Below are positions 18,377 to 27,115 of a DNA stretch of 51,284 nucleotides, in pieces. Location of the stretch: NCBI GenBank assembly GCA_003223425.1, contig QHVA01000068.1:1-51284 (forward strand), given 5' to 3'. The stretch's first letter is position 1. The number at the start of each line of letters is the position of its first letter. The notes below the pieces were generated by a model. It did not search any database. It was not told the DNA's origin and saw nothing but the letters and a program-made list of their open reading frames with translations. A program made the position numbers and the translations under genes. The DNA is from Gemmatimonadota bacterium (GTDB taxonomy: Bacteria > Gemmatimonadota > Gemmatimonadetes > Gemmatimonadales > Gemmatimonadaceae).

Positions 18377-19350
18377 TATGCCGGCAGTCCAGTCTGCTCG
18401 CTCAAACCGAGCAGAACGTTCGCGTTCTGCAGAGCCTGTCCTGCTGCTCCTTTCATCAGATTATCGATCGCGGATATGAGGACGAGTGTAGGTTGACGGA
18501 CATTGGCTGCTTTGGCGATGCTCAGACGGACAACATTGCGTCGTACCACGTCGCGAAGTGACGGCGGATCGGCAGCGATTTCAATGAAAGGCTCCCCACT
18601 ATAGAAATCGCGCCAGAGCGCGGACGGATCGTGAAGGTATTCTCTCACCGGCACCGCGATAGTCGCGAGAATTCCGCGAGCGACAGGAAGCAAATGAGGT
18701 GTGAACAATATGTCGTTGTCTCTGCCGCCCAGCTCTTTCGCGACCGCCCGCATTTCGGCGATGTGTCGATGCTGATTTCCCACCGAATATGCGCGAAAAT
18801 CCTCAGCCACTTCGGCGAACAGCAGATCCTGACGTACGGAATAACCCGCACCCGTAACGCCACTCGCGGCGGATACATTGATCGTAGCCCCCGGTACGAT
18901 CCAACCTTCCTTGAGCAGGGGAGCGATCGCCACCAGAATCGCGGTCGCGTAACATCCAGGATTCGCGACAACCTGCGCTGCTGGAATCTTCGCGCGCATT
19001 AGCTCGGTCAGTCCGTAGGGCGCCTGAATTCCGTTGGTTCGCGCGTCTGACCCTGGTCTGAAATCCGAAGAGAGGTCCACGACGCGCGCCCCCGTCGCGC
19101 GTGCATTTCCAACCCATTTGGCTGATGCGCCATGCGGGAGCGCTGTAAAGACGACCTCCGCTTTATTGAGCGGGGCATCCTCCGTAGCGACAAAGGTCAC
19201 TTCCGAGGCACCGATGCGGACGCGCTGGCCACGCTGCTCATTGGCAGAAGCAAACGAGAGCTCGAGCGCCGGATGCTCGGCGACAAGTCGACACAGCTCG
19301 CGGCCCGCATACCCACTGGCGCCAAGGACTCCAACCGGAACTTTATGCAT
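18376..19350 (-). CDS. argC: N-acetyl-gamma-glutamyl-phosphate reductase
   Basis: GASGYAG, ALPHG, DLSSDFR, ANPGCY, SGVTGAG, HRH, DNLMKGAAGQA. Confidence 0.96.
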   Translation of the reverse strand: MHKVPVGVLGASGYAGRELCRLVAEHPALELSFASANEQRGQRVRIGASEVTFVATEDAPLNKAEVVFTALPHGASAKWVGNARATGARVVDLSSDFRPGSDARTNGIQAPYGLTELMRAKIPAAQVVANPGCYATAILVAIAPLLKEGWIVPGATINVSAASGVTGAGYSVRQDLLFAEVAEDFRAYSVGNQHRHIAEMRAVAKELGGRDNDILFTPHLLPVARGILATIAVPVREYLHDPSALWRDFYSGEPFIEIAADPPSLRDVVRRNVVRLSIAKAANVRQPTLVLISAIDNLMKGAAGQALQNANVLLGLSEQTGLPA

Positions 19351-19372
19351 AAAGAATGCATAACATTACACT
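19343..19372. promoter_or_regulatory. ARG-box-like operator over the argC start
   Basis: TTATGCAT-aaaga-ATGCATAA inverted repeat plus overlapping TGCAT-aaca-TTACA, between the divergent argC and argR genes. Confidence 0.65.
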
Positions 19373-19438
19373 GCCTTTGCGTCAATGATCCCTGCGCTCG
19401 GCTCGCGCATTTCTTACTGCGGTGCTAAACTCAGTTCC

Positions 19439-19897
19439 GTGGCCAACAAACGTGAACGGCACGACACGATTCTGGAGATTGTCAGCTCTCGCGTCGTCAG
19501 CAGCCAGGAGGACCTTCGCAAGCTGCTGCTCCAACGCGGGTGGGACGTCACCCAGGCAACACTGTCCCGGGATCTCCGGGAGCTCCGGCTGGCGCGCGTC
19601 CCTACACCTGAAGGAGCCAGATACGCGATCACCGACGGCAGCATAGAGGAAAGTAGAGCTGCGCTGGACACACTGCTGCCTCAGCTCTTTCTCCGCATCG
19701 ACGGAGTGAGCGAGATGCTCGTTCTTCGTACCGTTCCCGGGGGCGCGCAGCCCATTGCCGCTGCCCTCGATGGCGAGGGCTGGGCCGACATCCTCGGCAC
19801 CGTCGGTGGTGACGATACTATCCTTATCATCTGCCGCTCGGTTGCCGGCCGCGAGCGCGTTCACCGGCGTCTCAAAGCCCTTGCCGGAGAGCCCTGA
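19439..19897 (+). CDS. argR: Arginine repressor
   Basis: SQEDL, VTQATLSRDLREL, LRTVPGGAQ, GTVGGDDTILII. GTG 19439 is preceded by the extended -10 TGcTAAACT. Confidence 0.96.
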   Translation: MANKRERHDTILEIVSSRVVSSQEDLRKLLLQRGWDVTQATLSRDLRELRLARVPTPEGARYAITDGSIEESRAALDTLLPQLFLRIDGVSEMLVLRTVPGGAQPIAAALDGEGWADILGTVGGDDTILIICRSVAGRERVHRRLKALAGEP

Positions 19898-19921
19898 TCC
19901 AGTATTGACTGGGTGGCCCCG

Positions 19922-19960
19922 GCCGATTAAATATTCAGTTATTCTGAATACTTATTGAGG
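19922..19960 (+). promoter_or_regulatory. Tandem ARG boxes (ArgR operator) upstream of argG
   Basis: gcCGATTaaatATTCAgt (19922-19939), 3-bp spacer, tcTGAATacttATTGAgg (19943-19960): the classic two 18-bp boxes 3 bp apart. TTGACT at 19905-19910. Confidence 0.8.
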
Positions 19961-19965
19961 CGGCC

Positions 19966-21225
19966 GTGATCCGTACAATCGCCCTTGCCTACTCCGGAGG
20001 GCTCGACACATCCATTATCGTCCCGTGGCTCAAGGAGCGGTATGGCGCCCGTGTGATCTGCATCGCCGCTGACGTCGGGCAAGGCAGCGAGCTTGACGGC
20101 GTTCGCGCGAAAGCAATCGCATCAGGTGCCGAGGAGTGTTACGTCGAAGATTTACGCCAGGAATTCGTGGAAAAGTTCGTGTGGCCCACCCTCCGCGCTG
20201 GCGCTATCTACGGTCGTAAGTATCTCCTCGGCACCTCGATGGCGCGGCCTCTCATTGCCCGGCGTCAGGTCGAGATCGCGCGCAAGGTCGGCGCCGACGC
20301 GCTTGCCCATGGTTGCACTGGCAAAGGAAACGACCAGGTTCGCTTCGAGCTGACCTACGCCGCCTTCGCGCCGGATCTTCCGATCATCGCGCCGTGGCGT
20401 GAGTGGGACATTCGAAGCCGCGAGGACGCGATTGCATACGCTGAGTCCCACCGGATCCCTATCACTGCCACCAAAGAAAAAATCTATTCGCGTGACCGGA
20501 ATATCTGGCACATGTCTCATGAAGGTGGTGTGCTCGAGCAGCCGGCCGCAGCACCGCCGGCCGACCTGTTCATGCTAACCACTGCCCCGGAGAAAGCGCC
20601 TGACGAGGCGGAAGAAGTTACGATTGGTTTCGTCAATGGCACGCCCGTAGCCGTCAATGGCACTGGGTTGGATGCAGTAGACCTCCTGACCGCTCTCAAT
20701 ACCATAGGCGGACGCCACGGAATCGGACGCATCGATCTGGTTGAGGATCGTCTGGTTGGAATGAAATCACGGGGGGTTTACGAAACTCCCGGTGGTACCC
20801 TGCTCTACTCCGCTCACAGCGAGCTTGAACAGCTGGTTCTGGATCGCCGCACTCTCGCCGCCAAAGACCTCATCGCGCCGCGGTACGCGGATCTCGTATA
20901 TGAGGGCCGCTGGTGGACAACAGAACGCGAGGCGTACGACGCGTTCGTTAACACCACACAAGAGCGCGTAACCGGATCGGTGACGCTGAAACTCTTCAAG
21001 GGAACTGCCTCCGTTGTCAGTCGCGAGAGCGAATGTGCTCTTTACGATGAGCGATTCGTTACGTTCGGCGACGATGACGTCTATGAGCAGAGCGATGCCG
21101 CGGGCTTTATCAGACTGTATGGGCTGTCCGCGCGCGTGCGCGCAATTCGCGATCAGGAGCTCGCAGCAGCACAGCGTGAGCGAGAGACAAAGGCCGAACA
21201 GCCTGCGAGTTTGGCTATAGCTTGA
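19966..21225 (+). CDS. argG: Argininosuccinate synthase
   Basis: [47 protein letters not shown]. Confidence 0.98.
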   Translation: MIRTIALAYSGGLDTSIIVPWLKERYGARVICIAADVGQGSELDGVRAKAIASGAEECYVEDLRQEFVEKFVWPTLRAGAIYGRKYLLGTSMARPLIARRQVEIARKVGADALAHGCTGKGNDQVRFELTYAAFAPDLPIIAPWREWDIRSREDAIAYAESHRIPITATKEKIYSRDRNIWHMSHEGGVLEQPAAAPPADLFMLTTAPEKAPDEAEEVTIGFVNGTPVAVNGTGLDAVDLLTALNTIGGRHGIGRIDLVEDRLVGMKSRGVYETPGGTLLYSAHSELEQLVLDRRTLAAKDLIAPRYADLVYEGRWWTTEREAYDAFVNTTQERVTGSVTLKLFKGTASVVSRESECALYDERFVTFGDDDVYEQSDAAGFIRLYGLSARVRAIRDQELAAAQRERETKAEQPASLAIA

Positions 21226-21242
21226 CCGGCAAGGAGCTCGAA

Positions 21243-22673
21243 ATGTCGGACTACGTATCGCACAAGCTGTGGGGAGGACGGTTCTCGACACCAACTGCGG
21301 CTGCACTCGAGGCGGTAAATCGCTCGATAGGCACTGATTTCCGTCTTTGGCCGTTCGATATCAATCTATCTCAGGCGTGGGCGGTTGCCTTATGGGGCGC
21401 TGGAGTTCTCACCCTCGAGGAAAGCAAGACAATCGAGCGTGGCCTCGCGGCGGTCGCCCAGAAGCTCGCCGGCGGCGCCCAGCCGCTCTCGTCTGATGAA
21501 GACGTTCACACTCTCATTGACCGCATGCTCCACGACGAAGTCGGTGATGTGGCGTCGAAGCTCCACACCGGTCGTAGCCGCAACGACCAGGTCGCAACAG
21601 CGACGCGTCTCTGGTCGATGGACGCTTGCGTCAAGCTCGATGCGGCTGTTCGTACGCTTCAGCAGGTAATGGTCGACCACGCAGCAGCGCTCGAGGACGC
21701 GCTGATGCCGGCATACACGCATTTGCAGCGCGCTCAACCCGTATCTGCCACGCATTGGATGTTGTCGCACTTCTGGCCGCTCGAGCGGGATCGAGCGCGC
21801 ATTGCTTCAGCATCCCGTGCTGCGGCGGTACTTCCGCTCGGTTCCGGTGCAATCGCGGGCTGTGCGTTCCCGATCTCCCGTGTGCTCCTTCAGGGCAGCC
21901 TCGGCTTCGGCACTATATCGCAGAACAGCATCGATGCGGTTGGCGACAGGGATTTCGTCGCCGAGCTGTTGTTCGCGGTGGCGATGACGGCAACCCACCT
22001 CTCCCGACTCGCAGAAGATCTCATCATCTACGGCTCGAGCGAGTTCGGATTCGTTCAGTTCGGCGAAGCATTCACTACGGGCTCGAGCATGATGCCGCAG
22101 AAACGAAATCCTGATGCGCTGGAGCTCGCTCGCGGATCCGGTGCGCGCGCCATCGGTGACCTCACGACGCTGCTCGCAACCCTCAAAGGATTACCCAGCG
22201 GCTACAACAAGGACTTACAGGATGACAAGCGTGTCCTGTTCGATGCAGTCGATATGATTCTTCTCGTGCTTCCTGCTGTGAGTGGCGCTCTTCAGGAGAT
22301 TCGCTTCGATGCCAAGCGAATGCGCAAAGCATTATCGAGCAGCATGATGGCCACTGATCTCGCTGACTATCTCGTGGAGAAGGGCGCGAGCTTTCGCGAG
22401 GCGCATGCTGCGATCGGGTCTTTGATTCGCGCGAGTGAGCGAGAGGGTTCCGAGCTTGATGCCCTTCCCCTCGACACGTTCAAGTCGGCGCATCCACTGT
22501 TTGGTGATGACGTTCTCGACTGGCTCGAGCCTGCGCGCTCTGTCGCGCGACGTGATGTGCCTGGCGGAACTGGCCCCGCGGCTGTGAGCTCACAGCTGCG
22601 TTCTGCGCGTGAAGCCCTCTGGCCAGTCGCCGAGGTGGCACGAGGGAACGAACTGATTCTTCGCGCAGTGTAA
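21243..22673 (+). CDS. argH: Argininosuccinate lyase
   Basis: KLWGGRF, HTGRSRNDQVAT, YTHLQRAQP, TGSSMMPQKRNPD. ATG 21243 has a GGAG RBS. Confidence 0.97.
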   Translation: MSDYVSHKLWGGRFSTPTAAALEAVNRSIGTDFRLWPFDINLSQAWAVALWGAGVLTLEESKTIERGLAAVAQKLAGGAQPLSSDEDVHTLIDRMLHDEVGDVASKLHTGRSRNDQVATATRLWSMDACVKLDAAVRTLQQVMVDHAAALEDALMPAYTHLQRAQPVSATHWMLSHFWPLERDRARIASASRAAAVLPLGSGAIAGCAFPISRVLLQGSLGFGTISQNSIDAVGDRDFVAELLFAVAMTATHLSRLAEDLIIYGSSEFGFVQFGEAFTTGSSMMPQKRNPDALELARGSGARAIGDLTTLLATLKGLPSGYNKDLQDDKRVLFDAVDMILLVLPAVSGALQEIRFDAKRMRKALSSSMMATDLADYLVEKGASFREAHAAIGSLIRASEREGSELDALPLDTFKSAHPLFGDDVLDWLEPARSVARRDVPGGTGPAAVSSQLRSAREALWPVAEVARGNELILRAV

Positions 22674-22694
22674 CGCGGCTCGGCTTGCCGCAAG

Positions 22695-22724
22695 AAAGGG
22701 CCGCATGGTGCGGCCCCTTTTTTT
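22695..22724 (+). terminator. Intrinsic terminator after argH
   Basis: GGGCCGCA-tgg-TGCGGCCC followed by cTTTTTTT, between convergent genes. Confidence 0.88.
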
Positions 22725-22736
22725 GTTTTGCTCTTC

Positions 22737-23288
22737 TTAAAACAGTAGGCCCAATGTGATCGGAACAAATTGGTACACGCCGCCTTTGGAAGCGCTTCGC
22801 GAAATACTGTGGTAGCGCGACTCGAGGAATGTTGCGAACGGACCGAACCCGAATGTGGCGCCGGCTCCGGCGTTGACGCCAAAATTGTTTTGAGCCTTGG
22901 CGCCTGTGATGTCGGCCTTGGAGTTATAGAGTCCGCCACCGGCAATGATATACACCTTCGCGTTCGCTCCAGGAAATGCAAATACCAGATTTCCGAGCAC
23001 TCCACTCACGCGGAGATCGCCACCGCCCGGCGCTGAACTGAGGCTGTTGCTGTGCAGAATATTGTTGTAAATGGCATCTAAGCGCACGCCGAGAGGAAGT
23101 TCTGCCACTCCAATTGCCAGGACGGCGATGGCGTTGTAGCCGGTTTTCTGTGAGTCACTGAGTTTGCCCACCGGTATCGCGGCGCCGCCGCCGAAGCCGA
23201 GGGCGTATGTCTTTTGACCACGCGCAGGCGACGAAAGCCCAATGAGCAGGGATAGGAAGATCAGTACTACGAAAAGGAACTGTTTCAT
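22737..23288 (-). CDS. Outer-membrane beta-barrel protein (small, 8-strand type)
   Basis: Signal peptide, alternating amphipathic strands (YIIAGGGLY, FGVNAGAG, FLESRYH) and C-terminal Phe. Confidence 0.8.
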   Translation of the reverse strand: MKQFLFVVLIFLSLLIGLSSPARGQKTYALGFGGGAAIPVGKLSDSQKTGYNAIAVLAIGVAELPLGVRLDAIYNNILHSNSLSSAPGGGDLRVSGVLGNLVFAFPGANAKVYIIAGGGLYNSKADITGAKAQNNFGVNAGAGATFGFGPFATFLESRYHSISRSASKGGVYQFVPITLGLLF

Positions 23289-23374
23289 TCTGGTCGAGAG
23301 GTAAGGAGCCGTGCGGGTGTCGCGGGATCGGCCAATATAACGGTGAGTCGGTCAGCAGTAGTCTTAGTCAGCGC

Positions 23375-23403
23375 TTGCAATAAATATCCTGTAAAACTAG
23401 GAT
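23375..23403 (+). promoter_or_regulatory. sigma70 promoter, leaderless transcript
   Basis: TTGCAA-17 bp-TAGGAT, then 5 nt to ATG 23409. Confidence 0.7.
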
Positions 23404-23408
23404 TATTG

Positions 23409-23801
23409 ATGCCGAGAAGCTATACCCTTGCTACTGCGGCACTTGCACTTCAGGTGCCTATCAAATGGCTCGATAACGCATTGTCTCATCACAAAGTCGT
23501 CGGAGTACATCAGGAAAAGCAGGGGGTTGCCAGACGTTTGACAATCGACGCGTTGGTCCGACTCGCCGTTGCTACAATCCTGGTCAGAGAGCTCGGAATT
23601 CCTTTGCCGACTGCAATCGAAATCGCCGAAGCGGTCACACACAGCGACGGACACTTCACATCCAGCAGCGGCCTCCGCCTCGAGCTTGATCTGAAAACAC
23701 TCAGGACGACGCTACTCACGCGGCTCGAGCACGCTGTAGAAATCGCGCCGATTCCCAAACGAGGCCGGCCTCCGAAAAACAAAACGGGACGCCTCGATTG
23801 A
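23409..23801 (+). CDS. Hypothetical DNA-binding protein (MerR-like HTH plus C-terminal AT-hook), 130 aa
   Basis: YTLATAALALQVPIKWLDN...QGVARRLT resembles the MerR HTH and wing. Ends PKRGRPPKNK. Confidence 0.7.
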   Translation: MPRSYTLATAALALQVPIKWLDNALSHHKVVGVHQEKQGVARRLTIDALVRLAVATILVRELGIPLPTAIEIAEAVTHSDGHFTSSSGLRLELDLKTLRTTLLTRLEHAVEIAPIPKRGRPPKNKTGRLD

Positions 23802-23810
23802 GACGCCCCG
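23776..23810 (-). terminator. Intrinsic terminator of the second csp gene
   Basis: Minus-strand CGGGGCGTCTC-aatc-GAGGCGTCCCG-TTTTGTTTT (11-bp stem with G-U pairs). Overlaps the end of the convergent ORF. Confidence 0.8.
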
Positions 23811-23839
23811 CCAGATTGTGCCAGTGAAGCCAACGTCGA

Positions 23840-24049
23840 TCAGGACGCCTTCGTCACGTTCTCTGCAGCTGGACCTTTCTGACCTTCGACAATGTCGAAT
23901 TCTACTGCGTCGCCTTCCGCAAGGGATTTGAATCCCGAGCCGGAGATCGCGCTGTAGTGAACGAAGCAATCCTTCTGCCCGTTGTCAGGTGTGATGAATC
24001 CAAAGCCCTTCGCATCGTTGAACCACTTCACTTTGCCGGTCGTACGCAT
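23840..24049 (-). CDS. Cold-shock protein (CspA family), second copy, 69 aa
   Basis: [19 protein letters not shown]...CFVHYSAI with RBS GGAGTAGGGA. Confidence 0.96.
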   Translation of the reverse strand: MRTTGKVKWFNDAKGFGFITPDNGQKDCFVHYSAISGSGFKSLAEGDAVEFDIVEGQKGPAAENVTKAS

Positions 24050-24194
24050 TTCCCTACTCCTGAAAAATTTGTGTCTTGGGGAGCGGAACACGCCCGACCC
24101 TCGACAATCTGATACGCGGGTCTCACATACCCCGCACTGGATTTGAGCCCGAGGCAAAGACTCTCGCCGATACCCCTGGCCCGACTTGGCTGAA

Positions 24195-24223
24195 AAAATA
24201 GCAAGGACCGGTTGAGCCGACAA
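24195..24223 (-). promoter_or_regulatory. sigma70 promoter of the second csp gene, giving a roughly 140-nt 5' UTR
   Basis: Minus strand TTGTCG-17 bp-TATTTT with TGc extended -10. Confidence 0.6.
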
Positions 24224-24232
24224 TAGACAGAT

Positions 24233-24670
24233 TCAAGGGCCCACGATACGGACGTTTGAAACGAAATACTCTGTCTCCCCAAAGCACGACGATGGGACCC
24301 CTCGATGCTGCTCGTACGTCAGTGAAACACGCTTCCCCAGATCCTGCTCCAGAACCTTGGCGACCGAGTCGCTGCGCACTGTGAAATTGAAGATCTGTGG
24401 GGTGAGCGTCCCCGGGATGGGGACCATTGCAAGCTCGCCTTCCCAGGTTTTGCAGAGCCATCCCTTCTTCGAGAGCTTCTGCACGTACCCCGCGCGCTCA
24501 CCTGTCGAATACACGTAGCCCAGTGTCACCCACACCCAGAGAGAGAAGATCAGAACAGGAATCGCGATGATCGTGAGCAGCAAAATCATCACTCCGCGAC
24601 GCCATTTCTGTCGTGGAGGAGGCGGTGGTGCCGGAGGAGTTTCTTCAGGTACCTCGGGTGTATCAGCCAT
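24233..24670 (-). CDS. Single-pass membrane protein of a conserved hypothetical family
   Basis: Pro-rich N-terminus, one TM helix, YSTGERAGYVQKLSKKGWLCKTWEGEL...YEQH...CFGETEYFV. Start moved to ATG 24670, which has GGAG. Confidence 0.8.
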   Translation of the reverse strand: MADTPEVPEETPPAPPPPPRQKWRRGVMILLLTIIAIPVLIFSLWVWVTLGYVYSTGERAGYVQKLSKKGWLCKTWEGELAMVPIPGTLTPQIFNFTVRSDSVAKVLEQDLGKRVSLTYEQHRGVPSSCFGETEYFVSNVRIVGP

Positions 24671-24767
24671 CTGAGCTCCAATCAAGGCCGGGAAGGGAAG
24701 TAGTGCCTTTAGCATGCACCGCTCGGACCACGGAATTAGCTTTCAAATTCAACACACGCAAGCATCA

Positions 24768-26003
24768 TTGCCCACTATCACGCGTAGAGAGACTGCGACT
24801 GCGGTTGTAGGTGGCGTACCCATTGGGTCTGACCACCAAATCGTCGTGCAGTCGATGACAAACACTGACACCGCTGACACCTCGAGTACTGCCCTTCAAG
24901 TGGCAGAATTGGCGCGGGCCGGCAGTGGTTTGGTGCGAGTCACAGTCAATAACGACGAGGCAGCCCGCGCTGTACCGGAGATCGCCAGCAGACTCACCGA
25001 CATGGGCGTCTCCGTTCCCCTGATCGGAGACTTTCATTACAACGGTCATCTGCTGTTGGCAAAGTATCCGGCAATGGCGAGATCACTCGCCAAATACCGA
25101 ATCAATCCGGGCAATGTCGGTGGAAAGCGGCGGGATGAGAACTTTCGAACGATCATTCAAATCGCACTCGACAACAACAAGCCGGTGCGGATCGGTGTGA
25201 ACTGGGGCTCGCTCGATCAGGATCTCCTCACCGCGCTGATGGACGATAATGCGCGTAGTGCGGACCCACACACTTCCAAGGAAGTTTACATCGAAGCGAT
25301 GATCCAGAGCGCACTACGCTCAGCTTCGACCGCCGAAGAAACGGGGCTCGCGCATGATCGCATCATCATCTCGGCAAAAGTATCCGGAGTACAGGACCTC
25401 CTGGACGTCTACCGACAGCTTGCAGTTCGGTGCGATTACCCTCTGCATCTCGGTCTTACGGAGGCTGGACTCGGCTCCAAGGGTATCATCGCGAGCACCG
25501 CCGCACTCTCTATTCTGTTGTCTGAAGGCATTGGAGACACGATTCGAGTGTCCCTGACCCCTCGTCCCGGTGGTGACCGGACAGAGGAAGTTCGAGTGGC
25601 ACAGCAAATTCTTCAGTCGCTCGAGCTACAGAGCTTTAATCCTCAGGTCACCGCATGCCCTGGCTGCGGTCGCACTACATCCACCTTCTTCCAGCAAATG
25701 GCGGAGGACATTCAGACCTACCTGCGGGACCAAATGCCATCCTGGCGCGAGCGCTATCCCAGAGTGATAGACATGAAAGTAGCGGTGATGGGATGCGTGG
25801 TTAATGGCCCTGGAGAATCGAAACACGCCAACATCGGCATCTCACTTCCGGGGACTTTCGAGGAGCCAAAGGCACCGGTCTACGTCGACGGCAAGCTGGT
25901 AGTCACGCTGAAGGGTGAGACGATCGTTCCCGAGTTCCTGAAGATTCTTGACGACTACGTCGAGAAAACTTACGGGGCGCCTGCTCCTGCTACCCTTGGG
26001 TAG
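24768..26003 (+). CDS. ispG: 4-hydroxy-3-methylbut-2-en-1-yl diphosphate synthase
   Basis: [58 protein letters not shown]. Start uncertain (TTG 24768 or ATG 24714). Confidence 0.96.
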   Translation: MPTITRRETATAVVGGVPIGSDHQIVVQSMTNTDTADTSSTALQVAELARAGSGLVRVTVNNDEAARAVPEIASRLTDMGVSVPLIGDFHYNGHLLLAKYPAMARSLAKYRINPGNVGGKRRDENFRTIIQIALDNNKPVRIGVNWGSLDQDLLTALMDDNARSADPHTSKEVYIEAMIQSALRSASTAEETGLAHDRIIISAKVSGVQDLLDVYRQLAVRCDYPLHLGLTEAGLGSKGIIASTAALSILLSEGIGDTIRVSLTPRPGGDRTEEVRVAQQILQSLELQSFNPQVTACPGCGRTTSTFFQQMAEDIQTYLRDQMPSWRERYPRVIDMKVAVMGCVVNGPGESKHANIGISLPGTFEEPKAPVYVDGKLVVTLKGETIVPEFLKILDDYVEKTYGAPAPATLG

Positions 26004-26012
26004 CGTTTCCCT

Positions 26013-26621
26013 TTAGCCGGCGAGCTTCAACAGCTCATTGGAAACGTTGTCGAGCTCCGCCATGATTGGAGCGTCGAATCCGACCTCTCGAAGCCTTTCG
26101 TAAACCTGTCTATACCAACGGGCAGTTCCGAATCTGCCTACGCTAAACCGAGCCCAGACTGTCTCGGGATCGACGGTTCGAAGCAGATCGGATATGATGG
26201 AAGATGTGTTGTGAATCTTGTCCGCGGCACATACCCAGCGGGCTTCTTCGCTCGCATCTGCCAGGCGCTCCAGATAGTCAGCCTTCCGGTCCTCACCCGA
26301 CAGTTCGATTCCTTCGTCGTCGTGACGACGGTAGGTCACAGCCAGAACCGTATCCAGGACTTTCTCACCGAATTTGTCGCCGATTCGCTGCTCGAGCATG
26401 TCTCGCGTATAGCCGTCGCGGACGCAGTCCTCGACTACATCATGGAGAATTCCCGCGACGATCGTGTCGCTGTCGCGGTCGTACCGAGTAAGAATGACAG
26501 CCACGTTGGCGGGATGGGTGAGGTAGGGAAGCTTCGTCCCCTTTCGTACCTGCCGGTCGTGATGCTTCGCCGCAAAGGCGAAAGCGTGGTTGATGACGTC
26601 AGAGTAACCAGTGACTGTCAT
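26013..26621 (-). CDS. HD-domain protein, small alarmone hydrolase / Mesh1-like
   Basis: AFAFAAKHH.RQVRKGT..PYLTHP, ILHDVVED, ADKIHN are RelA/SpoT hydrolase-type motifs. Confidence 0.85.
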   Translation of the reverse strand: MTVTGYSDVINHAFAFAAKHHDRQVRKGTKLPYLTHPANVAVILTRYDRDSDTIVAGILHDVVEDCVRDGYTRDMLEQRIGDKFGEKVLDTVLAVTYRRHDDEGIELSGEDRKADYLERLADASEEARWVCAADKIHNTSSIISDLLRTVDPETVWARFSVGRFGTARWYRQVYERLREVGFDAPIMAELDNVSNELLKLAG

Positions 26622-27109
26622 TACTTGGCTGCGAACCAGGATACGAGTCCCTCGAGTCCCTGTTGATCTTCTGAAGTGAACGCACCCAGCTGCTCGGAAT
26701 CTACGTCGAGAACAGCCATTAAATCACCCCGCTGGTCAAGCACCGGCACGACGATCTCTGACCGGGATCGTGCATCACAAGTAATGTGGCCAGGGAATTT
26801 TTCGACATCCGGCACGATCACCGTCCTCATTTCAACAGCCGCAGTACCACAAACTCCCTGGCCAAATGCAATGTCGAGGCATCCGAGGCTGCCCTGATAC
26901 GGACCGACTCTGAGAAGCTGACCTGGCACGGCTACGCGATAGAAACCGGTCCACAGATGTCCGAATGCATGATGCACCAGCGCCGTGATCGTAGCCATCG
27001 CTGTGACCTCATCGTCGATGCCGTCGAGGATCGCGCTCGCGTGGCCCTTGAGCTCGGCGTATGCGCGAGCCTTTGGAACGCTGCGCAGATCAGGGATTGT
27101 TTCCGCCAT
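26621..27109 (-). CDS. msrC: GAF-domain free methionine-R-sulfoxide reductase-like protein
   Basis: WTGFY, GPYQG..GC, GQGVCG, VPDVEKFPGHITCDARSRSEIVVP, VLDVDS. Confidence 0.88.
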   Translation of the reverse strand: MAETIPDLRSVPKARAYAELKGHASAILDGIDDEVTAMATITALVHHAFGHLWTGFYRVAVPGQLLRVGPYQGSLGCLDIAFGQGVCGTAAVEMRTVIVPDVEKFPGHITCDARSRSEIVVPVLDQRGDLMAVLDVDSEQLGAFTSEDQQGLEGLVSWFAAK

Positions 27110-27115
27110 TGTGAG

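Noticed and set aside
19382-19864. 160-aa ORF antisense to argR
   Set aside because: Shadow frame of a well-supported gene, with no motifs.
22620-22673. ArgH C-terminal tail (...GNELILRAV) as a vestige of an ArgH-ArgA GNAT fusion
   Set aside because: The resemblance is only a few residues, and a terminator follows with no GNAT remnant.
24714-24716. Overlapping ATGs of ispG and the divergent membrane protein ORF
   Set aside because: Both genes have better downstream starts (24768 and 24670), so the overlap is an ORF-caller artefact.
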